A DNA stretch of 64,000 nucleotides, taken from assembly GCA_964016885.1 (NCBI GenBank), contig OZ024741.1:323640001-323704000 (forward strand), written 5' to 3'. Below the pieces are notes generated by a model that was not told where the DNA came from, ran no database searches, and saw only the letters and a list, made by a program, of their open reading frames with translations. Shown piece by piece: positions 13,643 to 28,086 of the stretch (positions are counted from its first letter, which is position 1; each line of letters begins with the position of its first letter). The stretch comes from Eledone cirrhosa. Its lineage: Eukaryota. The translations under genes and the position numbers were made by a program.

Positions 13643-14082
<440 letters not shown>

Positions 14083-14843
14083 TATATATATTTTCGTGTC
14101 TATGTATGTATATATTTATGAATTTATGTATGTCTGTGCGCATGTGCATATATATACGACTATAATTTCTTTCTACCAAATTATATTAATAGAGCATTGG
14201 TCAACCCAAGGCTATAACAGAAGACCCCTGCTTTACCCAAAGTTGCCCGGCAGCAGTACTGAGCTGAGGACCATGTGGTTGCGAAGTAAAATTCTTAACC
14301 ACTCAACCCCGCCTGCGTCTTTATTTTGATTTTTCTTCTTTTTCATTTTTCTTTTCAAAATGTCTTAGCCGTTGCTTTTACCAGCCATTTTTTTAAAAAT
14401 TCCATCTTGTAATTTTTCTTCCTTCCATTTTAATTATTTCCTTCAATTATATTGTCTTCATTCTTCCGCTTTTTTTCTCTTTAAGAGATAATGTCGATAT
14501 ATATATTTTTTTATTTAGACTACATTTTCCTTCTTAAGGTTTTATCTTTGTTGAAGTCTTGTTAAAATTTATTTATATATTTGTTGTATTTCTAAATTAC
14601 ACACACACACGCACACACACGCACACACACCCGCACACACACGCACACACGCACACACACCCGCACACACACGCACACATGCGCACACACACACACGCGC
14701 GCACACATACACACGTGCGGACACACACACACGCGCGCACACCCACATGTATGTATTCTTTTACTGTCTTGTTATTTGCGTTATATCTTTCACATCTATT
14801 TTCTTATTTTACTCTCTTTCTCTCCATTTATCTATCAATATTT

Positions 14844-14880
<37 letters not shown>

Positions 14881-14936
14881 GTTTTGCGAGGTTTTTGATA
14901 TGAAATCGTGTGTCGAAACAAATATTGTTATACTTG

Positions 14937-15722
14937 GGGAGGGTCATATTTGTGTAATAATATTGCCAGAATTAATAACAGAACACACTCACTCTTTGGT
15001 TGGTTTTCGCTTCTGTGTCTTTTATATCGGTTAATTTAATTTATTCGATCCTCAATGTTACCATTGACTGACCAACGGTAAACAATACCGATATAATATA
15101 GACACAAACACATATATATAGTCTAACAAAGTTCTTTCGTTGCACATCTGCAACATCGTCAGTGGTGCTATTATGTTTCCTCCTGTTGTATTGTATGCCT
15201 ACGCCATCTTTATTTAGTCTGTTTATTTATTTATTTATTTATTTTTGCCTTCTTCTCTGCGCATGCGTTTGCGTGTGTGTATTGTGTTTGGGTGATTGTG
15301 TAACAACAAACACATATAAACACACACTAGTAAACTAAGATAGAATACAATAACCAATACACAGTCACCCAAACAATACACACACGCAAACGCATGCGCA
15401 GAGAAGAAGGCAAAAATAAATAAATAAATAAATAAATAAATAAACAGACTAAATAAAGATGGCGTAGGCATACAATACAACAGGAGGAAACATAATAGCA
15501 CCACTGACGATGTTGCAGATGTGCAACGAAAGAACTTTGTTAGACTATATATATGTGTTTGTGTCTAAATTATATCTGTATTTTTGACCGTTGGTCAGTC
15601 AATGGCATCATTGAGGACCGAATAAATTAAATTAACCGATATAAAAGACACAGAAGCGAAAACCAACCAAACAGTCTGTTCTGTTATTAATTCTGCAATA
15701 TTATTACACAAATATGACCCTC

Positions 15723-15724
<2 letters not shown>
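14937..15724. repeat. Long inverted repeat (about 365-bp arms, about 56-bp spacer) containing a hammerhead-like core
   Basis: Arms 14937-15301/15358-15724; CTGACGA-T-GTTGCA-GATG-TGCAAC-GAAA at 15504-15531. Confidence 0.9.
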
Positions 15725-15774
<50 letters not shown>

Positions 15775-16366
15775 GTGTAAATATACATATATGTGTGTGA
15801 CGTGTATATATGCATGTATGTATAGAAACAGATACCCTTATACACATTTGTACATAACACGTTGCCACAATGTGTGGCAAGGCTGGGCGTTTCAATTAAA
15901 GGTAAATTGCGTCTATCGGGCTACTGTATAGTTTCCGCATTCCCAATTTCATTCACAAGACATACATATGCTAAATAGCAATACAAAAAACCCGGTACTT
16001 CATGATTACCAAACTGACTTTTTAACCACTAAAAGTGGATAGATATCCAGTAAATTTATCGTCCCTTCGAACCATAACACAGATATAAATTTAATATGAG
16101 CGAATTTAAAAGGTTAAGCCTGTTGGAAGGTGTGTGACAAAAAGGTGGAACGTACAATACACCAAGAAGCAAATGGATATACTGTTACAATGGAGGAGTA
16201 TTTGGGGAATAAGAAAAAGGTGTAATGATATAGAGGACAGAGTTAAAACGCCAGAAGTGGATGCTGGTGACATATTTGCAAATACATATGCTAAATAGAT
16301 ATACAATTATTTGTGCGCACACAAGTCTATACACCATTATTCCACATAATTTAGAAATCGAAGCTA

Positions 16367-16570
16367 TGGTGTTCAACTGGGCACCAGATGGACTCTATTA
16401 AATGTACCCAATGACGAGAGGGTGGTGGTGGTGTACAACGGAACAACAGACTGTACTCTACTAAAGATACTCAAAGACCAGGTGGTGGTGTTACACTGGA
16501 CACAAGGTAGGCTCTACTACAAGTACCAAAGGACTAGGTGGTGGTGTTAAACTGTACAACAGAGGGATTC
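16367..16570. repeat. Inverted copy of about 3.5 units of the 57-bp minisatellite
   Basis: Reverse complement of 19540-19742 with unit order preserved. Confidence 0.85.
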
Positions 16571-16619
16571 CCAAAAGATTTTATTGTGGAAGGACTAAAA
16601 TAGTACTGAAGAATAACTA

Positions 16620-16720
16620 CTTTTTGTTGGTCAACAATTTTTATTTACATATAAAAAGGACAGCTAGCGGACAGAAAGGTAGCCCCAACATATGCAACAG
16701 TCGTTGCCTTCTATAAAAAC
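16620..16720 (+). pseudogene. Penelope-like RT fragment
   Basis: With frameshifts reads YLHIK-GTA..-KVAPTYATVV (compare PLE motif GTAMGTKxAPxYA). Confidence 0.55.
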
Positions 16721-17076
16721 GATATTCAACAAACTACTTCATCTTTAGGAACAAACTGGAATAGGAATCCAAAGGATCTGGAAATATTCCTTCTCCTTTT
16801 AAACAAGTTCTATGAGTCGATAAGATTCACAATGGAAGGTGAATTTAAAAACATGATGGAATAAACAAAATAAAACGAGAAAGAAGAGGAGGCACAAAGG
16901 AAGCACAAAGGAAAGCATAGAGAGTGAGGAGGTCAAAGAATGTGTGATGAAAGAACTTTGACGAACTCACTAATAAGTAATAATAAACCTGAAGTGAAAA
17001 TCGAATAGCAAATGTGCTTTTAAAAAGGCAACATTGGCAACATGGCCTTCCCCAAATAACACAATATATATAATAT

Positions 17077-17178
<102 letters not shown>

Positions 17179-17322
17179 TAATATACCGACCGCGGCGCCG
17201 CGATTGGGATTTTGCATATCCCTATAGCCGCTCTGCATCTTCCCATGCATTGACTACTCCCATGATTAGTGGTCTTCCCGGTCTCAACACCGCAGACTCT
17301 CTCTGTCTCCCCTCTCTCTCTG

Positions 17323-17443
<121 letters not shown>

Positions 17444-17484
17444 GTGTATGTGTGGTGGGAGTGTACACACACACACACACAAAT

Positions 17485-17521
<37 letters not shown>

Positions 17522-17599
17522 TCTATTTTAGGCACAAGGCCAGCAAATATCCAGTACATTACTGGTACTTTATTTTATCGATATATATATATATATATA

Positions 17600-18110
17600 T
17601 ATTATAAAATATCAGGAGGCTGGACTGGTGTAATTCCTTAAAAGGTTTATTATACTATGATTATTTCAATGACCGGGTTCATTGAAATAATCATAGTATA
17701 ATAAACCTTTTAAATAATCGGCGACCGAACATTTAGCAGCTTCTACCCCGGCCGGCCGAGGTAGAAGCTGCTAAATGTTCGGTCGCCGCCATGTCTCTGA
17801 TTTTCAACCCCATGGATTTTGTCTATTATATTCCTTTGTTATATTTCGAATACCTGATGATGTCACCGGATTCATACTGAACCCGGTCATTGAAATAATC
17901 ATAGTATAATAAACCTTTTAATGAATTACACCAGTCCAGCCTCCTGTTATTTTATAATAATTAACTCCGTACTCGCACCACCAACTACACGAATGAAGAC
18001 GGGTGAGTTGCATTACGTTGAGTGCTCTCCATAATATTACATCGAGGTTGACCATATCGAATGACCAGTTCTATCCAGTGGTGAACCAACAAACCGAAAT
18101 AATATATAGA
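17600..18110 (+). mobile_element. Penelope-like pLTR with nested inverted repeats
   Basis: IR 17600-17681/17878-17959; hairpins 17639-17713 and 17719-17788; contains a hammerhead; starts at (TA)n. Confidence 0.7.
17850..17907 (+). ncRNA. Type I hammerhead ribozyme (minimal stem III)
   Basis: AUAC-CUGAUGA-[ACCGG.UUCA-UAC-UGAA.CCGGU]-GAAAU-AAUC-AUA-GUAU; stem I AUAC/GUAU; AUA triplet at 17901-17903. Confidence 0.7.
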
Positions 18111-19399
18111 TAGATAGATAGATATACAAAGTGAGATAAAGGTGCGTAAGGAATAGAAAGGGATAGAAGCATGTGCATGTAAATATAAAAAGAAATATAT
18201 AAATATGTAGATGGATATGTGTTAACATATGCATATATTTGCATGTATATATATGTATTCTTGTATGTATGGGTTTGTATGAACGTAAATGTATATAAAT
18301 ATGTATTTAAGTAAGTAAGTATGTATTTATGTATGTATATATGTATATATGTATGAGTGTATGCATATATGTATTTATGTATGTATGTATGTATGTATGT
18401 ATGTATGTATGTTTGTATATGAATGAGTATGAATGAATGCACCTATGAATATGTATGAATGTAAGTATGTATGAACGTGTATACAGTTATGCTTCGTTGA
18501 GATGCGTTTTATCGTTGAATAACGAATCAGTTAAGTAAGATTGATAATGATATATTAGTGAATATCCATCCAAACATATTGTTTTTTTTCTTCTGTTACA
18601 TTCTACTTTGTGTCTTTCGAAGCACAATAAGCCATTTTGTAAAATGGCGGCTTATGGATAGTTGAAGTGGGACGTGAAGGGAAGTATTGTTCTTGGTGAA
18701 ATTATGTTCGATGCTCAATGTTTGTCTTACATACAATTTATGAGGTTAAGAGGAAAAATACGCAATCTGCACTGCACAAATGTTTGATGCAGAGTAGCAC
18801 AGAATAACATCAGTTAATGATAACTCTACTTTCGAATTACTGCCAACTATATTGACAACCAGCTACACGTGTTTTTCATAATTTTTTCTCTGATTTATTA
18901 TTTTTCATATTGTTTTCATTTTCCTTCTCTCTTCAAAACATCGTCTCGCTTCTCTCCTTGTTATATCGTTCTTCCTATGAAGATGGATACAGCGTATATA
19001 ACGAAACTTAGGTTTTAGGAGATACCGAGAGAAAAGAAGATAAATGGAGAAATGGGAAGAACTGTCATAGAGCACTTTTATACTAATACCACCACCATTT
19101 TTGTTTATAAAAGTAGGAAGGACAGACATATGTCACTTCATACTAACAACATACCATTTTTATAAAAATAAAAAAATTATATAATATAGAAATATATAAA
19201 ATAAAATAAAATATAAACCATTGGGTTTCTGTATAATAAATTACCAGCCCAGGGATATTGATTGACCGTATTGTTTGAGCATCAGAAAAGATACCTTGCA
19301 GTACTGATTTCGGCTCTTTCACTTTTGACTTCTTAGTTACTTGCCTCAATTCGTCGCATGGTTTAACATCACCGCCTATTCTTCGGTTAAATATAGGAA

Positions 19400-19895
19400 A
19401 GTCCACTCTGTTGTCCAGTTTAGCACCACTACCTGACCCTTGGCTATATTTACTAGAGTCCACTCTGTTGTTCAGTGTAACACTATTACCAGGCCCTTAG
19501 GTACCTTTAGAAGAGTCTGGTCATTGGGTACATCTAGTAGGATCCACTCTGATGTACAGTTTAACACCACCACCTAGTCCTTTGGTACCTGTAGTAGAGC
19601 CTACCTTGTGTCCAGTGTAACACCACCACCTGGTCTTTGAGTATCTTTAGTAGCCTACAGTCTGTTGTTCAGATGTACACCACCACCCTCTCGTCATTGG
19701 GTACATTTAGTAGAGTCCATCTGGTGCCCAGTTGAACACCATTACCTGGTGATTGGGTGCCTTTAGTAGAGTCCACTCTGTTGCCCTGTTTAACACCATT
19801 ACCTGGTACTAGGTATCTTTTGTATAGTCCATTCCGTTGTCCAGTTTAACACCCACAGCTGCTCTGTGGGTACCCTTAGTAGAATCCACTCTGCT
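19400..19895. repeat. About 57-bp degenerate minisatellite, about 9 units
   Basis: Unit approx GTCCACTCTGTTGTCCAGTTTAACACCACTACCTGGTCCTTGGGTACCTTTAGTAGA (starts at 19401 and 19458). Confidence 0.9.
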
Positions 19896-20200
19896 GCAAG
19901 TATTCGGGCTAGTTCTACTGTCCGGCGATATATCCCAACCATACTCCTATTTTCTAGGAAGACCTAAAAAGATAAAGTCGCACGGGTTGCCCTTCCACTC
20001 CTTGTAGAAATTGCAAAACAAGCTTATAAATTATTGTTAAGCAAATGGATGGTTCGGTGGTGAAGTCTAGGGAAAACAGCAGGAAAAATTATAATTTTGA
20101 GTAACTAAAAACACATTAATACAGAACTGTCTTTTTTAATATTCTGGACAGATATACAAACAAACATTGAGGAGATAGACAGTTAGATAGATGTATAGAA

Positions 20201-20231
<31 letters not shown>

Positions 20232-20699
20232 CACAGATATACAGGTAGATAGATAGATAGATAGGTAGATAGATAGGTATATAGATAAATAGATAGATAG
20301 ATTCATACGTACATAGCTATACATTTGTCTATATAGCTCGATGCTCGATAGATAGATACATGGATATATATATCTGTAAAATGTTAACATATATAAAATT
20401 CAGACAACGTCTGAAAAAAGAAAATGTTTTTGATGTGTTCGGAAAATAAAATGTAAAGAAATTTCACTTGTCAATATTTCACAGAGAAAAAACAAACAAA
20501 CAAACAAATCATAACAAAACAAAACAAAAAACACCGCAAAAACAAAATAAAAAAAAGCAACAACAAAAATAAAGAGTTATAAACTTTAAACTTATATTAG
20601 TTCTGCTGGTGTTGTTTAGGAAACGCAATACTTACAGATAAAAACAGTGACACACACACACCAACCGATTGACATACATAATTGTATATATTTCAGATT

Positions 20700-20771
<72 letters not shown>

Positions 20772-21490
20772 GTGTGTATGTGTGTAGGTGTGTGTGTGTA
20801 TGTACGTATGTATGTTTGGGTGTATGTGTACATTTTCTGTATTTATATTTATGCACCCACGCATATACATTCGTATATATATATACATATATATATACAC
20901 ACACAGACACAAGCACATATATATATATACACACACACACACACACCCATATATATATATATAAATATGTTTCTGCCTTTACATGTATATAACCGTATAA
21001 ACACATACCCCTGCATGTATATGTATATATATATAAACGTATATACATATGTTTATATATATAGATATACATATACATATACATACATGCGTATGTATAT
21101 GCGCGTGTATATAAATATATAAAGGCATATATATACGAGTATACCTATATAAATACATGTATATGAATATATATATATGCTTATATATATATATATATAT
21201 ATATACATATGTGCATGCGTATGTATGTGAATAGAAATACAACCTCATATATATATATATATATATATATTCTTGTGTATATGTAAGAACAACACTTCAA
21301 TATACACGAAAACATATTGAATACTTAAAAAAGTAAAGTAGCTTTCATTTATATTAGATTGGCAGAATCGGTAGAGTGTCGGACGCCATGCTTTGCAGCA
21401 TAGAATCTCATCTATATTAAAACTTTTATACTCTGCTATGTATTGAGTACCTTACTTACTGTGGTTACCTCCGATTCAACCCTGAATAAC

Positions 21491-21530
<40 letters not shown>

Positions 21531-21657
21531 TTCAGTTATTAGGAGTATTCCAAAGCTTGGTAGAACAAGTTGTGAGGAAAGTTCTCAACATACGTTAAGG
21601 TGACTCGACAGGTTGGTAGGGATTCTGTAGTGGAAACACGAACAAACGAGGAGTGTA

Positions 21658-21970
21658 ATCAAAGAAGAGAAATAGGACGAAGGTAAACAATTACAAAAGA
21701 ATTTAATCCACGTATTAACAATTGTTTCATCAGAATTTCAGTCCATTATTGCTACACTATGCAATAGGCAATCAAGAAAGATACTGTGGCATCCGAATTT
21801 TCAAAATACAAAGTTGTATTTTGAAAATTCGGATGCCACAGTATCTTTCTTGATTGCCTATTATAACATAGTGTAGCAATAATGGACTGAAATTCTGATG
21901 AAACAATTGTTAATACGTGGATTAAATTCTTTTGTAATTGTTTACCTTCGTCCTATTTCTCTTCTTTGAT
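21658..21970. repeat. Near-perfect palindrome (about 155-bp arms, 2-nt centre), pLTR fold-back type
   Basis: Centre at 21812-21813; contains GAAAC-AATT-GTT (3' half of a hammerhead); ends in (TA)n. Confidence 0.9.
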
Positions 21971-22482
21971 ATATATATATATATATACAATACATTCATA
22001 CATTCATACATACAATATACATACATACATTCATTCATACATACATAAGTATATAAAAGATCATCTATATTTGTTTCACTGGATTCGATATTTATCCGTT
22101 TGCTGTATAAGAATTCTAAGCTGTAGATTCTTCATGTGAAGACATTTTTCGCAAGATTAACCTATTTCTCCAGTCTACTGTCATAGTTTCATACACAAGA
22201 CGTTTACCATTTTCTTCACTCGACCTTCAATAATATTTCCATATACTATTTTCTATTACTATTTTCTATAGAATATAATATATATTTGGTCTACTTTACC
22301 GTAATGGAATTTCTGTTAATAATCACTTATCACTGATAAATGACTACCTTAACTTCCAATAGAATCATTGGGCGCCGTTATTCGGCGGGTCTTTGGCATT
22401 TTTGACCTGGCGGTTCACCACCCTTCTTCTTGTTTTTACCACAGCTTATATCTTCCAAATAAAGAGAGAGAAAAAGAGAGAA

Positions 22483-22517
<35 letters not shown>

Positions 22518-22519
22518 AA

Positions 22520-22580
<61 letters not shown>

Positions 22581-22660
22581 AGAGTGAGAAAGACAGAGAG
22601 AAAGGGAAAGCAACGGAATGTGATTTGAGAGACAAATAGATAAAGATTGAGATAGAGAGG

Positions 22661-22692
<32 letters not shown>

Positions 22693-23127
22693 GAAACATC
22701 GATGCAAGTACTGGATTGGTATTATTTATCGACCCCAAAAGGATGAAAGACAAATTTTATTTTAGTGCATTTTGAATTCAGAGCGCATCTAACCGGAAAT
22801 AACACCACAAAACATTTTATCTGACGCCATAATGCCTTATTCATAAATAAAGCCAGCAATTTTTTGAGTAGTTTATTATATCAATCTTTGAAGGACAAAA
22901 TGTAAAGTTAATCTCAATGAGATTTGAGCTACGCATGTAAAAGGCCATCCGATGTTCTAATTATCCTGCCAATCCACCACTCTTTATAAATAGTAATATA
23001 AAAAGCCATAAAAATGCGACAAAATATTTTGTCAAAAGGCAATGACGAAACCACTGCCTTATGTATGTATGTATGTATGTATGTATGTATGTATGTATGT
23101 ATGTATGTATGTATGTATGTATGTATG

Positions 23128-26100
23128 TTATCTTTTTCTCTTAATTTCGAGTATATTTTTTTGACCGGCCACCTTCCTGGTGGCAAGGTTGTAAAAGAAA
23201 ATAAATTGTCATCCCTTGAATCGCAAGAATGTTTTGCAAATTTTGAAGGTGCCAGCTATCGCATCCATTTGTAGACTATGAATTAGGGAGCTGCGCTCTT
23301 TGTCCGCAAATCCAAGTTCAGTCATACTTTGGTCCAAGCGGGTTGGTATAAAACCCGTAGCTCCAATAATGATGGGTATGAAGCTAAAGGTGTATCTTGG
23401 ATACTGGATTTGTAAACTCCTCATCAATGGTCCGTAGATGTCCTCCTTCTGACAACGTTTACATGAAGTGGGCAGCTGATCTCCACAACAGAACACGTTT
23501 TCAATGTGTGGTCCCAAACAAGAATATCAGGCCGGTTGTGCTTTAATTTGATGGCAGTTTTTATTTTCAGTTTCCACCAGTATTCCTTAGTGCCATCTGT
23601 CTCAATATATTCTTCCTCGTTTGTTGCTAATTTTGTTTTCCGAAGTGCGTTCCAGATGGTTCTAGCTATCCCATCGTGTCTCATGGGGAGGTAGTAGCGA
23701 GATGACATTCTTTCGCAGCTGGCAACAATGTGGCTTACATCCTCGATCTTTGTTTTACATAGCCTACATTTATTGTCAGCTGATGGCCCTCCCCTTTTGT
23801 GCAGCAGATATTTGGTAGGGAGTTCTTTTTCCTGTATTGCATAGAGATATCCCTCAAGGTGTGATGTCATAAACTTGTCGGAACTCCATGCCAGGCTTTT
23901 TGAGTGGTTTATCCTCTCTATGGTCTGTGTTTTTACGTCTCAAGTATCCATGCACAACTTTTTCTGTAAATTGGTCAATTTTTTCATCTTCTTTGAACAT
24001 TGAATAGGATCTTCCGATTTCTCTGGGTGATAGATTTATATCAGTCTTTATTCCATATCTCTCCTCCAGATCAGTGGCTATTCTAATGATATGGTCTTTT
24101 TCATGCTCATAAACCTGGGCAAGATGGTTGCCAACCTTTTTTCTCTGTTGAAGATGTTGCTTCAGTGTTACTTTCCGGGTCTCATATGATGTTAATATGG
24201 ATTTTAGACCCCGGCCACCTTCTTTGCGTGAGAAGTATAGCCTATCCACATCACCATTGATGTTAAAGTTCCCAGTAACACTGAGAAGTTTGCGAGTTCT
24301 AACATCCATCTCACTTAGTTCTTGCAATGACCAGTTCAGCAGGCCAAATGTTGGCGTTAGAATTGGCACAGCATAAGTATTGTGCGCAATGTATTTGTTG
24401 TACGCTGATAGTTCTGATGACCATATTTTTTTTACTCTTCTGAGATATTCAGTTCTGGTTCTCTACGTATTTATGGGTCCATCATATCTGACATTCTCAT
24501 CCTGTCCAATATATCTGTAGTTGTCACCTGACTGTAGAGGTTGTATTGTCAGGCCGTTCATCTCTAGATTTCACGTTTTACTGCCAAATATGCACACTTG
24601 GACTCACCAAATTTCATTTTAATGTCTGTTGAAAATTGTGTAATGAGGTCCAATTGTTTCTTGATGTCATTGATATTTGGCCCATACAACTTCAGGTTAT
24701 CAACAAAGAAAAGATGGGAGATACTTCAGGACCCACTTCTTTGTCCACCTTGTTTCCTGAGTAGGTAAGATAGTGGATTTAGTGAGAGAACGAAGAGTAG
24801 CACCGAGTAGCCCTGAAAGATGCCCTTCTGGTAATGTATCTTATCAGTCTTAACTTGCTCCTTCTCACCTCTAAGGATCGAATTGGTGTACCAGTTCTTA
24901 GTCAGACGTTCAACAGCAGCTACCAGAGGTTGTGGGACTTTGGCTAACTGTAAAGCCTTAACAATCCACCCATGAGGTACACTATCAAATGATTTTTGAT
25001 AGTCCAGCCGCACCACAGTCATGTTTCTGCGATTCTTTGTTGTTTTTTCTTGAATCATTTTATTAGTTAGTAGGTAATCTATGCAACCCCACACCTCCCT
25101 CTTTCCACCAGCTTGTTCAGGTGTTATGATGTTGTTGGTAGCACAGTGATCCTGTAAGAACAGGTTAAGGCACCCACTATATAATTTATACATGATGTTT
25201 TGGCAGGCTATTGGGCGGTAATTTTTAGTAAGGGTGGTTTGGCTATTTTGGGGAATGAGGAGAGTAGTGGCAGTTGATAACAATCTGGGCAGTTCCTGTG
25301 GTAAACAGCCGTATGAGATATTACCGATAGAAAGTGAAATACTTCAACCAGTATCCTGTAATGAGGTCTGGGCCTAGTGATTTCCTATTCGACATTTTCT
25401 GTAGAGCTGTTTCCAGTATTGACCCATCTATGTCATATTGTTTTGTCTGGAAATTTTGGCAGTAGTCCTGTTCCAGTTCTTTTAGCCAATTAGTTTGTCT
25501 GTTGAATCCGTCATCCGTTTCCCATACAGATCTCCAGTAGCTCTCAACCTGTTCTTTTGAAGGGGTATCATTTACAGAGATTGAGCTTTTGCCACCGAAG
25601 CTGCGATAAACTGATTTAGGATCTCTGGCAAATAATCTATTTAGCACTTGTCGTTTTTGTGCTGTTGACTTATATTTTAGTATTTCTGTTGTAGCTGTGA
25701 GTTGTTGTTTCAACTGGTGTAATTTGGAGTTTAAAGTTTTAAATTTTGTATCTCCAAATCGTCTCTCTAACCTTTTTTAGGTCTTCCTGGTGTCGTGTGA
25801 AGTTGCTCTCTATGCTGCATTTCATAACGACTGCGATGTGTGAGATACTTCGTCGCAGGGACAACATTTTGCTTTTTAAATTTCGCATCCACGCTGGTTC
25901 AGGCTTTTTGTTTGTATCTTGATTGCGTGGTTTTAGATGTTTGTTATATGATAGCAATGTGACAGCTGAAACATATAACAAAATGTTAAGCGCTTCAAAT
26001 GTCGTTTCTACACCTTTAGATCGTATAGCCTTCAGATAATTGTCAGCTATTTCGTTCACCGCTTCCAATTCCAATTTAGTGGGTTCTTTACTGATTCTGG

Positions 26101-27285
26101 TGTTGTATGGTCTGTCAATCACAATGAGGCTGTGTATCTCTTGAAACATATCGTCCCATATCACTTGTAAGGTGTCCACAAGTTTTTTGGTGTTCTGCTT
26201 GTACAGTAGAGTCATGAATTTCAGCCTCGTTGTTGATGTGGTGACAATTACTACTAGAGTTAGCTGACCATTCTCGCTATTCTTCAGTGGAAGTGGGATG
26301 GATTTCTGCAAAATTGTTGGTGAGCTGTTCACTGTTAGATTTAGCTGGCCATTCTCTTTGTCTGTCAGTGGAGGTGGGGTGGTTGTCTACAAGAGCTGTA
26401 TTTGTAGTATCACTCAATTCCGTTAGATGTATCAATTTACATCTAATGATACGTTTTGCCTGTTCATTTAAATGCTTTGGAGAAAAGTCTAATTCTGGGT
26501 GTTTGGAGTTCCATAAAGTTTTTAGCCTTTGCATAAATCCGAACTTTTGGGGTTCAGATTGTTTGTATGCGTCATATAATTCTTTGTTAAGCTTGTAGCA
26601 CCACTACGATTGTAATTGCGATTTGGTCGAAGGAGACTTGTACGTTTTACCATGATGAGTTCGTCTATTCTCTAATATTTTGTATTTATTTTTCAAAAAA
26701 GTCGATGATCTTCTTTAAAAGTTTCAACAAAGTTCTGTCAGAATCAAATTTAAAGTTATTCACAGCTTGGGTATTATTTCTTTTCAGTTAGTTTTTAATT
26801 CTACAACTGTGTTTTAAACGTTGTTCTTGAATCGTTTGAATCGAGAACAAAAAAAAACGTTACTTAGTATATTTCTTTATGAATGTAATATAATATAACA
26901 ACGCTGTATTTATATGTTAAAGTTTATGTATCATTCATATAAATAGGTGTTCTACAGCTTATTCACAACATATTCACAGTTCAAACACTTATGTTTTTGT
27001 TTCTGAATCGAAAACGTTACTTGCATATTTCTTTACAAATGTAATATAACAACGTTGCTTTTATATGTGAAAGTGTATGTATCGTTCATATATCATAAGT
27101 GTATGTATCGTTCATATAAATAGGTGTTTTACAACACACTTACAGTTCAAACACTTATGTAGAATTATTGTATGTAATCTTACCGCGTAATGTAGCTCAA
27201 CTTTTTCCAATATATGGTATGTTGCCTTCATGTAAGCCGTAATTACACACGTCCGATTATCGGACACTGAGCACAGCGGTCGCCA
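23128..27285 (-). mobile_element. Near-full-length R4/Dong-type non-LTR retrotransposon, family A (disrupted ORF about 26650-23209)
   Basis: NYRPIAC, LDYQKSFDSVPH, KGIFQG, FVDNLKL, CRLC..HIVASC, HNRPDILVWD..VEISCP (REL endonuclease). (TATG)n at 23060-23127 and from 27287. 5' boundary uncertain. Confidence 0.92.
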
Positions 27286-27466
27286 TTGTATGTATGTATA
27301 TATGCATGTATGTATATATGTATGTATGTTGTATAAGTATGTATGTATGCATATATTTATAGTAGTAATAGGTAAAAAAACAAGACCGTAGGGTGAGTTT
27401 GAATATGATTATTCAGTTGGCGCCTGAATAATTATATATATATTATATGTATAAACCCACACACAC

Positions 27467-27587
<121 letters not shown>

Positions 27588-27985
27588 AACAAGAGGTGTA
27601 AGTCAAGAGGTTAAAATTAACTTCGTTTATTCATATTCGCTGTTACATATATTTCTGTGATAACAATTAGTCAACAGCTATGACATGATCGGACAGCTAG
27701 TACTTGAACAGAAAAAACAGAAAAACATAATGATGGAAAAAGGTATACTTAAATATATATATATATATATATATGAATGAAAATAAGAATACACAACATG
27801 AAGGTATGGGAAATGAATGGTTTTGTTGTTATTGTTGATGTTACTGTTATAATTATTGTTGTTGTTGTTGGTGTAGGTGTTGTTGTGTTGTTGATCTGCA
27901 TTGATGTTGCTGTTATGATTACTGCTGTTGTTTAAACCCAGGCCAGGCTTCATCAAACGCACAGACGTATGATTGGAGGTATCTT

Positions 27986-28086
27986 ACTGACCTCTACCAA
28001 CAAGTTCTTAAGGGAGATACACTTATACCAGAATGGTTGACATTAGCACAAACATTACTGGTCCCCAAGGACAAAGACACCCATTT
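27986..28086 (+). mobile_element. Inverted internal fragment of R4 family B
   Basis: Reverse-complement match to about 30260-30362. Confidence 0.85.
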
